Of a DNA stretch of 41,454 bases, positions 1-10,375 are shown piece after piece. Within the stretch, counting starts at the first letter, position 1. Every line of letters begins with the position of its first letter. Position numbers and translations under genes: made by a program. The stretch spans positions 1 through 41,454 of the forward strand of contig JAKMXF010000078.1 of NCBI GenBank assembly GCA_024704765.1, given 5' to 3'. Source of the stretch: Oopsacas minuta (Eukaryota > Animalia > Porifera). The notes beneath the pieces are model-generated. The model saw nothing but the letters and a program-made list of their open reading frames with translations, ran no database searches and had not been told where the DNA came from.

Positions 1-95
1 GGGATTACTTTGAATAAATAATATAGTGAATTAGTGTGTATAGTGTTTGTATCATATTCTATGATATCACCCGCAAGACTTATAGAACGCCCTAG
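1..95 (+). mobile_element. Right (3') end of a mariner family ('Mariner-A'), TIR followed by TA
   Basis: 70-95 CCCGCAAGACTTATAGAACGCCCTAG then TA is the reverse complement of the left TIR TCAGGGCGTTCAATAAG(C/T)CTTGCGGG at 8802 and 21492. Bases 1-95 closely match 9333-9427. Confidence 0.85.
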
Positions 96-236
96 TAATT
101 GATGACTATATAGGATGTTTTAATGGTATCTTGTTTCAATTACAAACACAAGTAACTTGGCAACTCATTTGTTATTGTGGAATTGTTACCCATTCTAGTA
201 TGAAGCATATTATTGTGATTCGGATATATTGTATAA

Positions 237-2127
237 CATAGGCGTAGGAGTAGGTTTGACAGGTCCGGCTTTGGTCGGACCTTTTTTGGGCAGAATTTGC
301 TGGTCCGGCTTTTAGTCGGACCATAACTTTCAAATTTGATGAATCTTTACTTCGCACAATTGTATCCCAAGAGTGGAAAAAGTTTTCTAACCCTGTTAAT
401 GGTTTTATATTCTCATTTTCCCAAGTAGTAATACCAATTCTCAGTTACGATACCATCGGCATTACCTAACGAGCCTCATCAACCAGGAGCATTTACTTTC
501 CTCAAACGCTCTTTTGGGTCGATGAATGTTGTGGAATGGGCAATAATTCAAAGTGTTTTGGGCAGTGGAAATAGATCCATTAGGATGGATCCACTGACTC
601 TATTTTTTGCCATGTCTGTTCCAAATGCGAGGAAAAAGGAGAGTGGAAATCAGGCTCTGGCGAGAAGGTGTTTTTGCACAAAGGAATAGTCAACTGGAAA
701 GACGCTACCGAAGGGTTTCGTCGTCATGACCTCAGTGAGTGCCATCAAGATGCAGTTTTGAAGCTGATTGTTTACCCTAACAGTATACCTGACATTGGAA
801 AACTAATGTCCTGTGTACATGGTCATAACAATCATAAAATAGGATAGTACGTAAAGATAGTTGCTAGACAAAGGATCGAATTTCGTGTGCATGAAGATGT
901 TGAAAGTAATTTCATTCAGCTGTATAAACTTCGCGAGTTAGATAATCCGGGCCTAACTGCTTGGATGAAAAAAAGAACGAATAAGTATCTTAGCCCAGAT
1001 ATGCAAAATGAAATTCTACAGCGGTTATCATTGACTATTATGAGGGCAATTGCCGAAGATATTCACTCTGGGGAAATGTTTAAAATCATGGCTAATGAAT
1101 GTACAGATATTTCAAACAATGATATACTAGCGATTTGGTTCGTTGGGTTGGCATTGACCTAGATGTCCACGAGGAGTTCGTGGGACTATATCAGATTGAT
1201 GACACATCTCCTGACACCATAGTAAAATCCCTGAAAGACTACTTAGTTAAGATGAATATTCAGTTGAACCGATGCAGAGGACAGTGTTTTGATGGTGCTG
1301 CCAATAACGCTGAAAGTAAAAATAGCGTTGCGACACAGATCCTCACTATAGAACCAAGAGCAATTTACACACATTGCTATGGTCATCCACTTAATTTAGA
1401 AATGTGTGATACAATTAAAAGTGCAAGTTAACGAGAGATGCTTTCGATGTTACCAATGAAATCAGTAAATTACTAAAATTCTCATCCAAACGCAATGCAG
1501 TGTTTGATAAACTCAAGGAAGAAATCTCCCCAGATAAACCCGGCTTTAGAGTCCACTGTCCTACGCGCTGGACAGTACGGGCGAAGAGCCTGAAGAGCGT
1601 GGAGAATAATTATTCTGCCCTGTAGGAGCTATGGAATCAATGCCAGATGACAAAATCTATCCTGAAATTAGAGCTCGTGTAATCGGAGTGCTAACGAAAA
1701 TGGAAACCTTTGACTACTTTTTCGGTATCAGTGTTGCTGAGTTGGTTCTTAGCCATGAAGATAATCTATGAACTGCTATGCAGAGTAGTACTATCTCTTT
1801 AGCTGAAGGCCAGCGCACTGCAGAATTTCAGTTGATTTTCCAGCAACGTAGATCTATACTTCAGTCAAATCTATTTCGAAGTATTAGACTATTCACTATG
1901 CACAATCAAGGCGAGGTTTGACCTGCCTGGATATCAATGGCTCAGAGAGTGGAAGATCTGCTCATAAATAGCGTGCGTGGAGAATCGATAGTGATGAGTT
2001 CGCTTCTGTGAAAGGAATTATATGGTGACGATATACCTTAAATACGTTTGGCACCTCAGCTGTCACTACTTTCAGCACGACTTAACAATCATGATAAACT
2101 TTGTTTCAATGATATCGTGATCTAGAT
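237..2127 (+). pseudogene. Decayed hAT transposon (ZMYM1 / 52-kDa-repressor-like transposase), left end plus 5' two-thirds of the transposase
   Basis: Putative left TIR CATAGGCGTAGGAG at 237, with subterminal repeat GGTCCGGCTTT(G/T)..TCGGACC twice at about 262-320. TTF-zinc-finger-like N-terminus (PHQP..F..KRSFG; NWKDATEGFRRH..SECH). ORFs 887-1162 and 1135-1431 carry KY.SPDMQNEIL, MANECTDISN, CRGQCFDGAAN and HCYGHPLNL, then CPTRWTVRAKSL at about 1557. Many stops and frameshifts; truncated by the insertion at 2128. Confidence 0.85.
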
Positions 2128-2392
2128 CAGTGCTTCTCAAACTTTTTTATGTCGCGGCCCCAAAGTTTCTCCATCACAATTCCACGGACCCCTACTTGTT
2201 GGTCTCATTTTTAGTAAATATAATTTGTTTTTATTATTGTATTATATCAGTGTTAAGTAGTAAGAGGTATATTGTGATATAATTATAAGATCAATTATAC
2301 TAATGAGAACTGTGTGCTTGTTTCGATTTGACGAGCTTATCTAGCCTCGGTTCGATTGATGAAAGTACCACACGTAGTGGGGATCTGACATC
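2128..2392 (+). mobile_element. Left end of a hAT-Charlie-like element, cut by a contig break
   Basis: Starts CAGTGCTTCTCAAACTTTTTT, preceded by ATCTAGAT (2120-2127), which fits the nTCTAGAn Charlie target consensus. Runs into the N at 2393. Confidence 0.65.
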
Positions 2393-2393
2393 N

Positions 2394-2549
2394 TCCATAA
2401 AAGAATTCGCTGTTTAGAGACATTTCAGATTAAAAAAATTTAGTATGTATGCTCTAAGTATATTCTACAACCCATAGAAAAATACATGGTAGAAAATACT
2501 AGGGATATTTACTTTGAGAAGTTTGGTGCAGAACTTATGCCTAACCCTG
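2394..2549. mobile_element. Terminal fragment of a maT-like (DD37D) element
   Basis: GCAGAACTTATGCCTAACCCTG then TA (ending 2549) matches the TIR of the complete element at 36662-37927 (GCAGGACTTATGCCTAACCCTG TA). Confidence 0.6.
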
Positions 2550-3021
2550 TACAAAGTTATAATATACATTGTCCACAGTTTTGTAATGCATATCCTTATC
2601 TTGACTACAACATTATCACATTCAATATTACTTATTAAATAACTGAGTCCCATTAATATAATTTATCAGATCAGTATACATGGGTATCTGAACAATCAAC
2701 AATAAAAACCATAAAATGTTTCAATAAGGAATATATGATATATTGTGTACTATACAATTATGCACGAATCAAGAAAGGTAAAAGGAAATGCAGCATTGCT
2801 AGAAATATGCACCTGGATTCATTATAAAATAACATACGTTCGGTATGGAGTGTAAAACGGAGGGATAACGATAAGAGATGCTAAATTTGCATATTCTAAG
2901 TGAAATACCAACAATGGATTTGTAAGGTAATTGTAAACTGGTCGAATAATTGTAAGTAAAATTAGAATCAATTAAATCGCAATAATACAATAGGGTAATG
3001 AAGTTAATTCGATAAAATCCT

Positions 3022-3630
3022 CTAAGTGAAATCTTTGATCAACTTTAGGTGAAATTCTTTAAACATGTCAAGACATTTCTTCAATTTTTCTTCAATTGGA
3101 AGGATTGTAATCCTAAAATGCCAAGTTCCTTTCTTTTGTCCAAAACCGCTACCGGGGATGGAGACAATTCCAGTGTTTTCAAGTAGGAGCAAGCAATAAT
3201 ATTCATCAGGATTGCGTATAACAATCTTTTCGTTGTTCTTAACATATTCAATGAAACCTTTTGGCAAAAATATCTTAGGAAATGCATACATACTTCCAGT
3301 TAAGCGATTCATTGTTATCCCATTAAGAGAATTCAATAATTCGTGAACTAATTGAGATTTTCTTCGCAATGCGGAAGAGATTAAATCTTTTTCTTTGGTA
3401 AACGAATCATACGAAGCTTCTCCCTCTTTGGGAGGGTTGACATATGTACTCAATATTAACTGACCGGCAATATTAGGACAAAGCATGGAAGAGAGGATCT
3501 TTGATAAAACCATTCGCGTCTCCTCATCCATCCCAATAATTTCTGCATAACCACCACGAAATCCACATTCACCCATATAACCTTTAGAAATAGAATGAAA
3601 ACTAATGAGTTGTTGTTCAGGAATTTGTTG
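3022..3630 (-). CDS. GPT: Alanine aminotransferase (PLP-dependent, class I), terminal coding exon
   Basis: Intact frame QQIPEQQLISFHSISKGYMGECGFRGGYAE...GSMYAFPKI...GIVSIPGSGFGQKKGTWHFRITILP...KEFHLKLIKDFT*. It contains the ALT PLP-lysine motif SFHSxSKGxxGECGxRGGY. Acceptor CCACTTGTAG lies immediately upstream (AG at 3632-3631), phase 0. Upstream exons not found in the window. Confidence 0.92.
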   Translation of the reverse strand, partial: QQIPEQQLISFHSISKGYMGECGFRGGYAEIIGMDEETRMVLSKILSSMLCPNIAGQLILSTYVNPPKEGEASYDSFTKEKDLISSALRRKSQLVHELLNSLNGITMNRLTGSMYAFPKIFLPKGFIEYVKNNEKIVIRNPDEYYCLLLLENTGIVSIPGSGFGQKKGTWHFRITILPIEEKLKKCLDMFKEFHLKLIKDFT

Positions 3631-3694
3631 CTACAAGTGGAAGAAATATATATCTAAAATAGTGAATTGACAAGGAGTTTAAATACCCCTGGAC

Positions 3695-6194
3695 CAATTT
3701 GTCTGAAATTTGATTAGAGCAAGCTACTAACATGTCTTTACTTCCTCGAAAATTCAAAACGATAGCTTATGTAGTTTCTAGCTTATGATGTCACGAATTT
3801 CTTTTTTGGTGTTTGAACAGGGATTTTAACAATATTGAAATTACTAATCGAATTAAACTCGAATAACACGAAAATTATATTGTAAACTTCTATACTTGGC
3901 TTAGAATTGAGATATGGAGAATTCAAAAAATAGAAGTAAACTGAGTTTTGAGTTCTATGTATTAGCGAAAACTGAAATTGAAGCAGACCATGAAAGTTAT
4001 ATGGAACTATGAGGTAGCAAAAATTTTCATTTTGGAAGCTTATTTATTTATGATAAAACATGTATATAGTCAAGATTCTTTGAAAAGAAACTTTCTTTTA
4101 TTTTCCACCTATTCCTTTTGAGATATTCACATTTTTGTGCCGGTGAGGGCTTTCTTGAGATTCAAAATTTCTCTTCTAGTCAGGCGGTTTGCTCAAATAA
4201 TTGTTAGAATGTAGATAAATGCATGAAGATTGGCACACTTGTTCTTTCGAGACACACAGATGATCGGTCCAGACCGTTAGCTTGCGAATTTGTACCGATC
4301 CAGAATGCCTATGAGAAAAGCGGACCAAACTGACCTTCAACTGTCCAGACAGCTGCATCTCTGATTCGAAATTATATTACTTACATCATATTATTTATCC
4401 TGAACGATAACTAGTTTGCATGGGGATATACGATATTCAATACAGTGGCAAGTGGGTACCGAATTCTTTATCATACGATTGAAGAATCTATTGCCTAAAT
4501 TTTACATTTTACAAATGATGAGATAACAAACCTGAACTTACAGGAATATATTATAAGAAGACAAACGATACTGTCGTGTATTCATGTTAAATATGTAATG
4601 AATATGAGGAAAACTTTGGGATCGGAGAAGTCGAAATGGCAGAAAATGGTGTTTAAAGAGAATTTGGAAGGTGGATATGTGTAAAACGATAATCGGTAGT
4701 GGCGTCAAATCACTCAATGGGGTTAGGACAAAATATGAGAACGGAATGTTACAACATTCCTGCGTTCCTAAGGAAGACATCTCAAATTATGGTTGATTCG
4801 ATCGATTTGAAAAGGGTAGCCCCTGGGAATATATCGGCGAACTTGCAGAGCTGCTATCCACAAACGCAAGATGGAATCAAAAATGTATCCGTAAGAAGTA
4901 CAGTCATAGGACAAAAGTATTCGACCACACAAATTTATTGTCATAAATTGTATACTCTTTCCCACTCCTATATATTGTGTAGTCTATATTCGTAGTTGCA
5001 ATCTAGTAATTTACATAGAATAACATATGTTTTTTCACGAATTTCAAAAAAATATTTTCTATTTACACTTTGTGAAGGTGTTAATTATTAATGATCATTA
5101 GATAATCATTGATAATCAAAATATATGATAATTAAAAGCCAATTAAGAATCAATAATTTCTGACTTGAAATTTGAACTCTACGTAGGAGAGTTACCCCAG
5201 ATTACAAGTTTCAATGGTATTGAACAATTCTTGTCAAAGTTATAGAAGAATTTCAATTTGTGACACTTTTGCAAAAAGTGACACAGGTGGCAGGAAAAGT
5301 GTCACTACAAGTAAATCAACTAGGGTTAGGAGGAATAGGTCTAATTAATATTTTTGATTGATATGACTATGCTAACCCAGCTTAAGGTTTTATTGCAGAA
5401 CCATCGCCGGTGAACACGGTGGAAAACGTTTTCCACCGTGTTCACCGTGTTTAAGAAATTCTTCTATAACTTTGGCAAAGATTGTTCGATCCCATTGAAA
5501 CTTTCAACCTGGGGTAACTCGCCTACGTAGAATTCAAATATTAAGTCAGAAATGAGTATTCTTTATATGCTTTGAATTACCACATATTTTATTATCAATG
5601 ATTATTTAATAATTACTAATAATTAACACCTTCACAAAGTGTAAATCGAAATATTTTTTGAAATTCTTAAAAAACATATGTTATTCTATGCAAATTACTA
5701 GATTGCAGCTACGAATATAGACTACACAATATATACGAGTGAGAAAGAGTGTACAATCTATGACAATATATTTGTGTGAACAGATGGAAAATAAAAGAAA
5801 GTTTCTTTTCAACGAATCATGACTAATACAGGTTTTATCAAAAATAAATAAGCTTCCAAAATGAAAATTTTTGCTACGTCATAGGTCCAGACAACTTTCA
5901 TGGTTTGTTTCGGTTCCAGCTTTCGCTAACACATAGAACTCAAAACTCAGTTTACTTTTATTTTTTGAATTCTCCATATCTCAATTCTAAGCATAAGTAT
6001 AGAAGTTTATAATTAATTTACGTATTATTCGAGTTTAATTCGATTAGTAATTTCAATATTATCAAAATCCCTGTTCAAACACCAAAAAAATGTATGACGT
6101 CATATTCCAGAAACTACATGAGCGATCGTTTTGAAATTTCAAGGAAGTAAATACATGTAAGTAGCTTGCTCTCCATCAAATTTCAGACAAATTG
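3695..6194. mobile_element. Foldback-type non-autonomous element with about 740-bp imperfect inverted arms
   Basis: 3695-~4109 is the inverted copy of ~5782-6194, and 4926-5254 is the inverted copy of 5455-5778 (e.g. CAATTTGTCTGAAATTTGAT / ATCAAATTTCAGACAAATTG). Central spacer 5255-5454. Unpaired segment ~4110-4925 in the left arm. No TSD identified. Confidence 0.85.
5408..5447. repeat. Perfect 40-bp spacerless palindrome
   Basis: CGGTGAACACGGTGGAAAAC|GTTTTCCACCGTGTTCACCG; the second half is the exact reverse complement of the first. Confidence 0.97.
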
Positions 6195-8519
6195 TTTGTT
6201 GGAGTTTGACTTGACATGGAATTACCCATAAATAGTATTTTATTAGATGATGATAATACCAACGAGTAGAAATGAGTGAACTGTGACGGATGGGAAAGAA
6301 GATACCCTATTTCACCCAGTATAATAATAATCACAAATAGGAGGAATCTAATGATTTCTTTACCTGAAAATTGTAATTTAAGGGGAATACTTCAGATAAG
6401 ATTCGGCCCTACAATAACAATGTCTCAATCCGACGATGGTGACAGGCGAGCATATGCTCGAAATGATTCCAAATAAACCTTTGGATAGTCAGTATATTGT
6501 CTTACAGTTAGGAACACTTATAGCGAACCACCACAAGAACAAAATCTTGTTCATATAAAATTATACATCATATCAAGCGAAATACACAATAAATGAATAA
6601 ATATCCTATTGAAATACATATATTGGGACCACAAATTGGATTAATATTCGGAATTGAAATTTTGAAAATATTTATAAGGAAATATTTCAAAGCCTGTTTC
6701 AAGCTTTAATGAATAGCTGATCCCTTTGCAGAATTGTATCTTTTCCAGAATAGATGAACAATAGCTTTTTAAACATAAGACCTAACAGTAAAACATAAAT
6801 TTGGGAACAGGGATACAGTATTAGCTGTTCTAAATTGAAGAAACAGTGCATTTTTGCCTGAAAAAATATATTGCATATTTGACAACATCAAATGTATTAC
6901 ATATCAATATATCAAATTTGAGTATTGTGTAGAAGTATTTGTCTACAGCGCATTTATCTAGTGAATTTATCATTCTTTGATATCTTGCAGAACGTTAAAT
7001 ATTGCATTTTACATATCAAAGTGAATAAATGACTTGATCCATGAATACTTCAATACAAATATCTGAAAAATTTGTAAAGGTTATTTAATTGCCGATGGTC
7101 GATCAAAATTACATATATGGGCGTAGGTGGAGACACTGGAGCTCCTACGTGGCTTTTGGTTAGTAATCTTGGCAATAGTCACTAATATATTAAGACATTC
7201 TAAAAAGCTCGAAATTTAGGAAAGATTTCAATTAGCAGAGTCATGATTGCCCAATAATGCCATGATGAATCTGTATTTGCTCAGAATCGTGATGTCGTGA
7301 TATTTGGCATATTGAGAGGTATCTATGATATAATTTCAAACATCTATCATGTATATTCCGCGAGCAGTGGCTAAAAATGTGATTTTCAAAAATCCAAAAA
7401 TGCGACAATTAAACATAGTTTGTCATGGTGTTTATTTCTTCGAAGAATGGAAATAGCCTCAAGCAAGCAGAAATACCACTGTATGCTAAAAATCGGCTAC
7501 AGGGGTATTCCAGTTTCCTCAAATATTCCTGAATGAATATCAAGTGATCTGGGCATGGTTATACATAAAATATGAAATTTTGCATTATAAAGTTGTCACG
7601 TTATTGAATTAGTACATTAGATTGCATGGATGGCAGGTTTTGACCATATCTAATGATAACTTGGTTGTCATAAGAGATTTAGTAAATATGTCGATCCATG
7701 GTATCTAATATAACTCAAAAGTGATAACTTAATAATTACAAAAAATGTATATTTTATCGAAGAAACATACTTGGATCACTGGATATAAATTCCGAACTGA
7801 AGACCAGCGGACGATCGTTTACCAATGCAAGAAAGTGATTTTTAACATATTGCCATTTTCACGGATCTGATCATTTCGAACTGCGAATAGTTGGAGGACA
7901 TGGCTCGTGTTGATTATTACCTATCAAAAATACAGTTACTCGAGCCAGAATGTACCAATTCGATATCATCGGGATTCTTAAAATAGCTCCCCCAACTACG
8001 AAATTTGTAGACTTGAAGTAATACATGATTTTATCCACAGAGTTATATAGGTTATTCGAAATCCGCTCCTCCTCTCAAATGTTCATACACCTACATCAAC
8101 AATTTGATGTGACACAGTATATCTCAACGTGGGCGATACGAGACTCAAAGTTGGCGATGAAACAGTCAGGGGTGATAGGAGCATAAACGACTGTTGGGCA
8201 ACGAACGATGGTTTCATTCTCCACATGTTGCTGCTGAAATATCTGACCGAAATAATTAAGTGATTGTAATTGTAATAGAAAAACACAAATCCATATAATT
8301 TTCACTACCCTGCTCTATTGGCAATCGCGAAAATGATGATTTAGAAATTTCCATTATCGTCCCTCGTGGAGAAGGGTTTCTCAGCCATTGTTGGACTTCC
8401 CACAAAAAGAAGAATAGGCTAAAGATAACCAAATGTGGTCACCTTCGGCTCTTCTTAACAAAATTCAGTCACAATTTGAAGAATCTTGTAACTGGACACC
8501 AGGTTCAACCTTCACATGA

Positions 8520-8667
8520 AACATATACAAATAAAATTTAAGTATATTATGTCTTTCTATTTGGCATTATAATATAAAAAATATACAAACGAGATGAGCG
8601 AGGGGGACGTGAGGAATGACACAATCATTGAAGGGGGGAGACGACAGAAAAAGGTTGAGAAACGGTG
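8520..8667. mobile_element. Probable right end of a hAT-type element (left boundary approximate)
   Basis: AAAAAGGTTGAGAAACGGTG ending at 8667, reverse complement CACCGTTTCTCAACCTTTTT, resembles Charlie-type TIRs (CAGyGTTTCTCAAC). No partner end found. Confidence 0.4.
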
Positions 8668-8801
8668 ATGTAACACTATAAGTAAAGATAGTCAATTTTT
8701 ACGTTAAGGAATATATCGTCAGAAATACGCCTAAAACGTCCAGTACTCTTAGATAATTCCATGGTTAGATCCAGTACGGTATATGAATCGATCAATAGTT
8801 A

Positions 8802-9290
8802 TCAGGGCGTTCAATAAGCCTTGCGGGTATGAGATATCTTAGGAATTAGTCAAGTAATATATCTAACTTTCAAATATTATAAGCCCATATAGTTAAACTC
8901 CATATACTGAAAGTTTCAAGTTTCAAGGACAAATTGTGAATTATGAGATAACTACGAGTAGTCAATTCATACACACTGTTCAATTTATGGCTTCAAAGGA
9001 TGATAATTTCAACCTCAAATGGCGTACAAGATTTCCCTCGATCTGGAAGACCGGTATCCGCCACCACTTCAGAGAATATCACACTCATTGAAAGTATGGT
9101 CATGGAAGACAAGTGCATTACTGTCAATCAGTTAAAACAAAGTATGGAGATTTCATCGGAAGCTATTCATACAATTCTGACGACTGAGCTTGGCTACCGA
9201 TCGATTTGTGGGAAATGGGTCCCGCATAAGCTCAGTGAGAATCAAAGGTTGGCACGACTGAATATTGCCAAGAAACTCTTGAAACCTTAT
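8802..9290 (+). mobile_element. Mariner-A left end and transposase N-terminal fragment
   Basis: TA + TIR TCAGGGCGTTCAATAAGCCTTGCGGG. ORF 9000-9290 has RSGRP, the HTH region and the mariner linker WVPHKL. Stops at the N at 9291. Confidence 0.9.
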
Positions 9291-9291
9291 N

Positions 9292-9427
9292 ACATGTGGG
9301 TGGAAGGTTAAAACTTTGTGTATCTGCAGGAGGGGATTACTTTGAATAAATAATATAGTGAATTAGTGTGTATAGTGTTTGTATCACATTCTATAATATC
9401 ACGCGCAAGACTTATTGGACGTCCTAG
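9292..9427 (+). mobile_element. Mariner-A right end
   Basis: Ends ...GCAAGACTTATTGGACGTCCTAG then TA. Near-identical to the reverse complement of 17266-17401. Begins exactly at an N. Confidence 0.85.
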
Positions 9428-9704
9428 TATCTAAAAAATCGAGAGAAGACATTATTGTTATTTCTCTTATACCTCTGAAGGTTAGTTGGGGGTCAATGGT
9501 GCAAACTTATTCGTTTGAAAATTGCGAAATTCAGTGGACTTTTTCAATTCACTGAATACTTAATTATTGATGAGTGTCATAAATTCACTACCGTCATCAG
9601 AAGTACTTATTGTTGCAACTTTGTTGCGTATAGTCCACTAATAGTTTTGTTGTTAGTCGTGGTATAACCAAGTCAAGGTTAAATTTGTAAGGGTTCATTT
9701 AGCG

Positions 9705-9873
9705 GAGCCCCCACCAAATTTTATATAGTGATCTATAATCCTGAGGCCTCTCAATTTTCGGGGTGCCCTCCCCTCAAATTTTATAACTTATCATATATTA
9801 TGGATCGCCCTCTATATTTGAGGGTGCCCCCTCCCCAAATTAAATTTTGTGATTTATTGTTCAGTTTAGTGTT
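9705..9873 (+). repeat. Dispersed repeat built from GGGTGCCC(C)TCCCC-AAATT sub-units (copy 1)
   Basis: Shares ATAGTGATCTATAATCCTGAGGCCTCTCAA and GTGATTTATTGTTCAGTTT with 19592-19779; contains about 60-bp sub-units. Confidence 0.7.
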
Positions 9874-10375
9874 CTATCTGTATAAAGGTGATCAATCCAC
9901 AAAAATTCCCTTAGTGGGTTATCACATACATTCTTGTTATTGAATATCCACAGAATTTGTCTTACTTGATTATTTTGAACACATTTACTAAGTGAGACGT
10001 TTGTATGTCGTCGTTCCTGGACTAGAGTGTACCGTAGTTACACTCTCTTGTTATATGAATTCCAAATAAATGGTAAATTTATATGACTTCTAGGGTTGTG
10101 TGGTTAATACGGATCCAGTTGTGATAATATTTCACAATGGGTATTCTAAATCAATAATTATTTAGCACTTGAAACTATAGTTATGAGTTGGTATAAAGAT
10201 AACTAATTTCCTGAAAATACATATTATCGCAGATAATATTTTCTTGGCAGTTTCTAGTACGTATAAATGTATGCGCTTAGATTGTATTTAGCAGATGACA
10301 TTATATAGTATTCTCCTTTTGGTTAACTTGCATATTGTCATTTAATCTCTTGAATTTAAAATCTGAATTTTACAG

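Noticed and set aside
6226-6363. Possible penultimate ALT exon (ends ...KILFMG, superficially like KKVLMEMG)
   Set aside because: It lacks the expected DEVYQ motif, and its donor phase (1) does not match the ALT acceptor phase (0).
8096-8305. 69-aa ORF resembling a signal-peptide protein (MKIIWICVFLL...)
   Set aside because: It starts at GTG, not ATG, in a eukaryotic context and has no supporting structure. Kept only as part of a low-confidence pseudogene region.
8802-9427. Apparent 626-bp internally deleted mariner with both TIRs
   Set aside because: The 'deletion' point is exactly the N at 9291, so the two halves are on different contigs and need not be one insertion.
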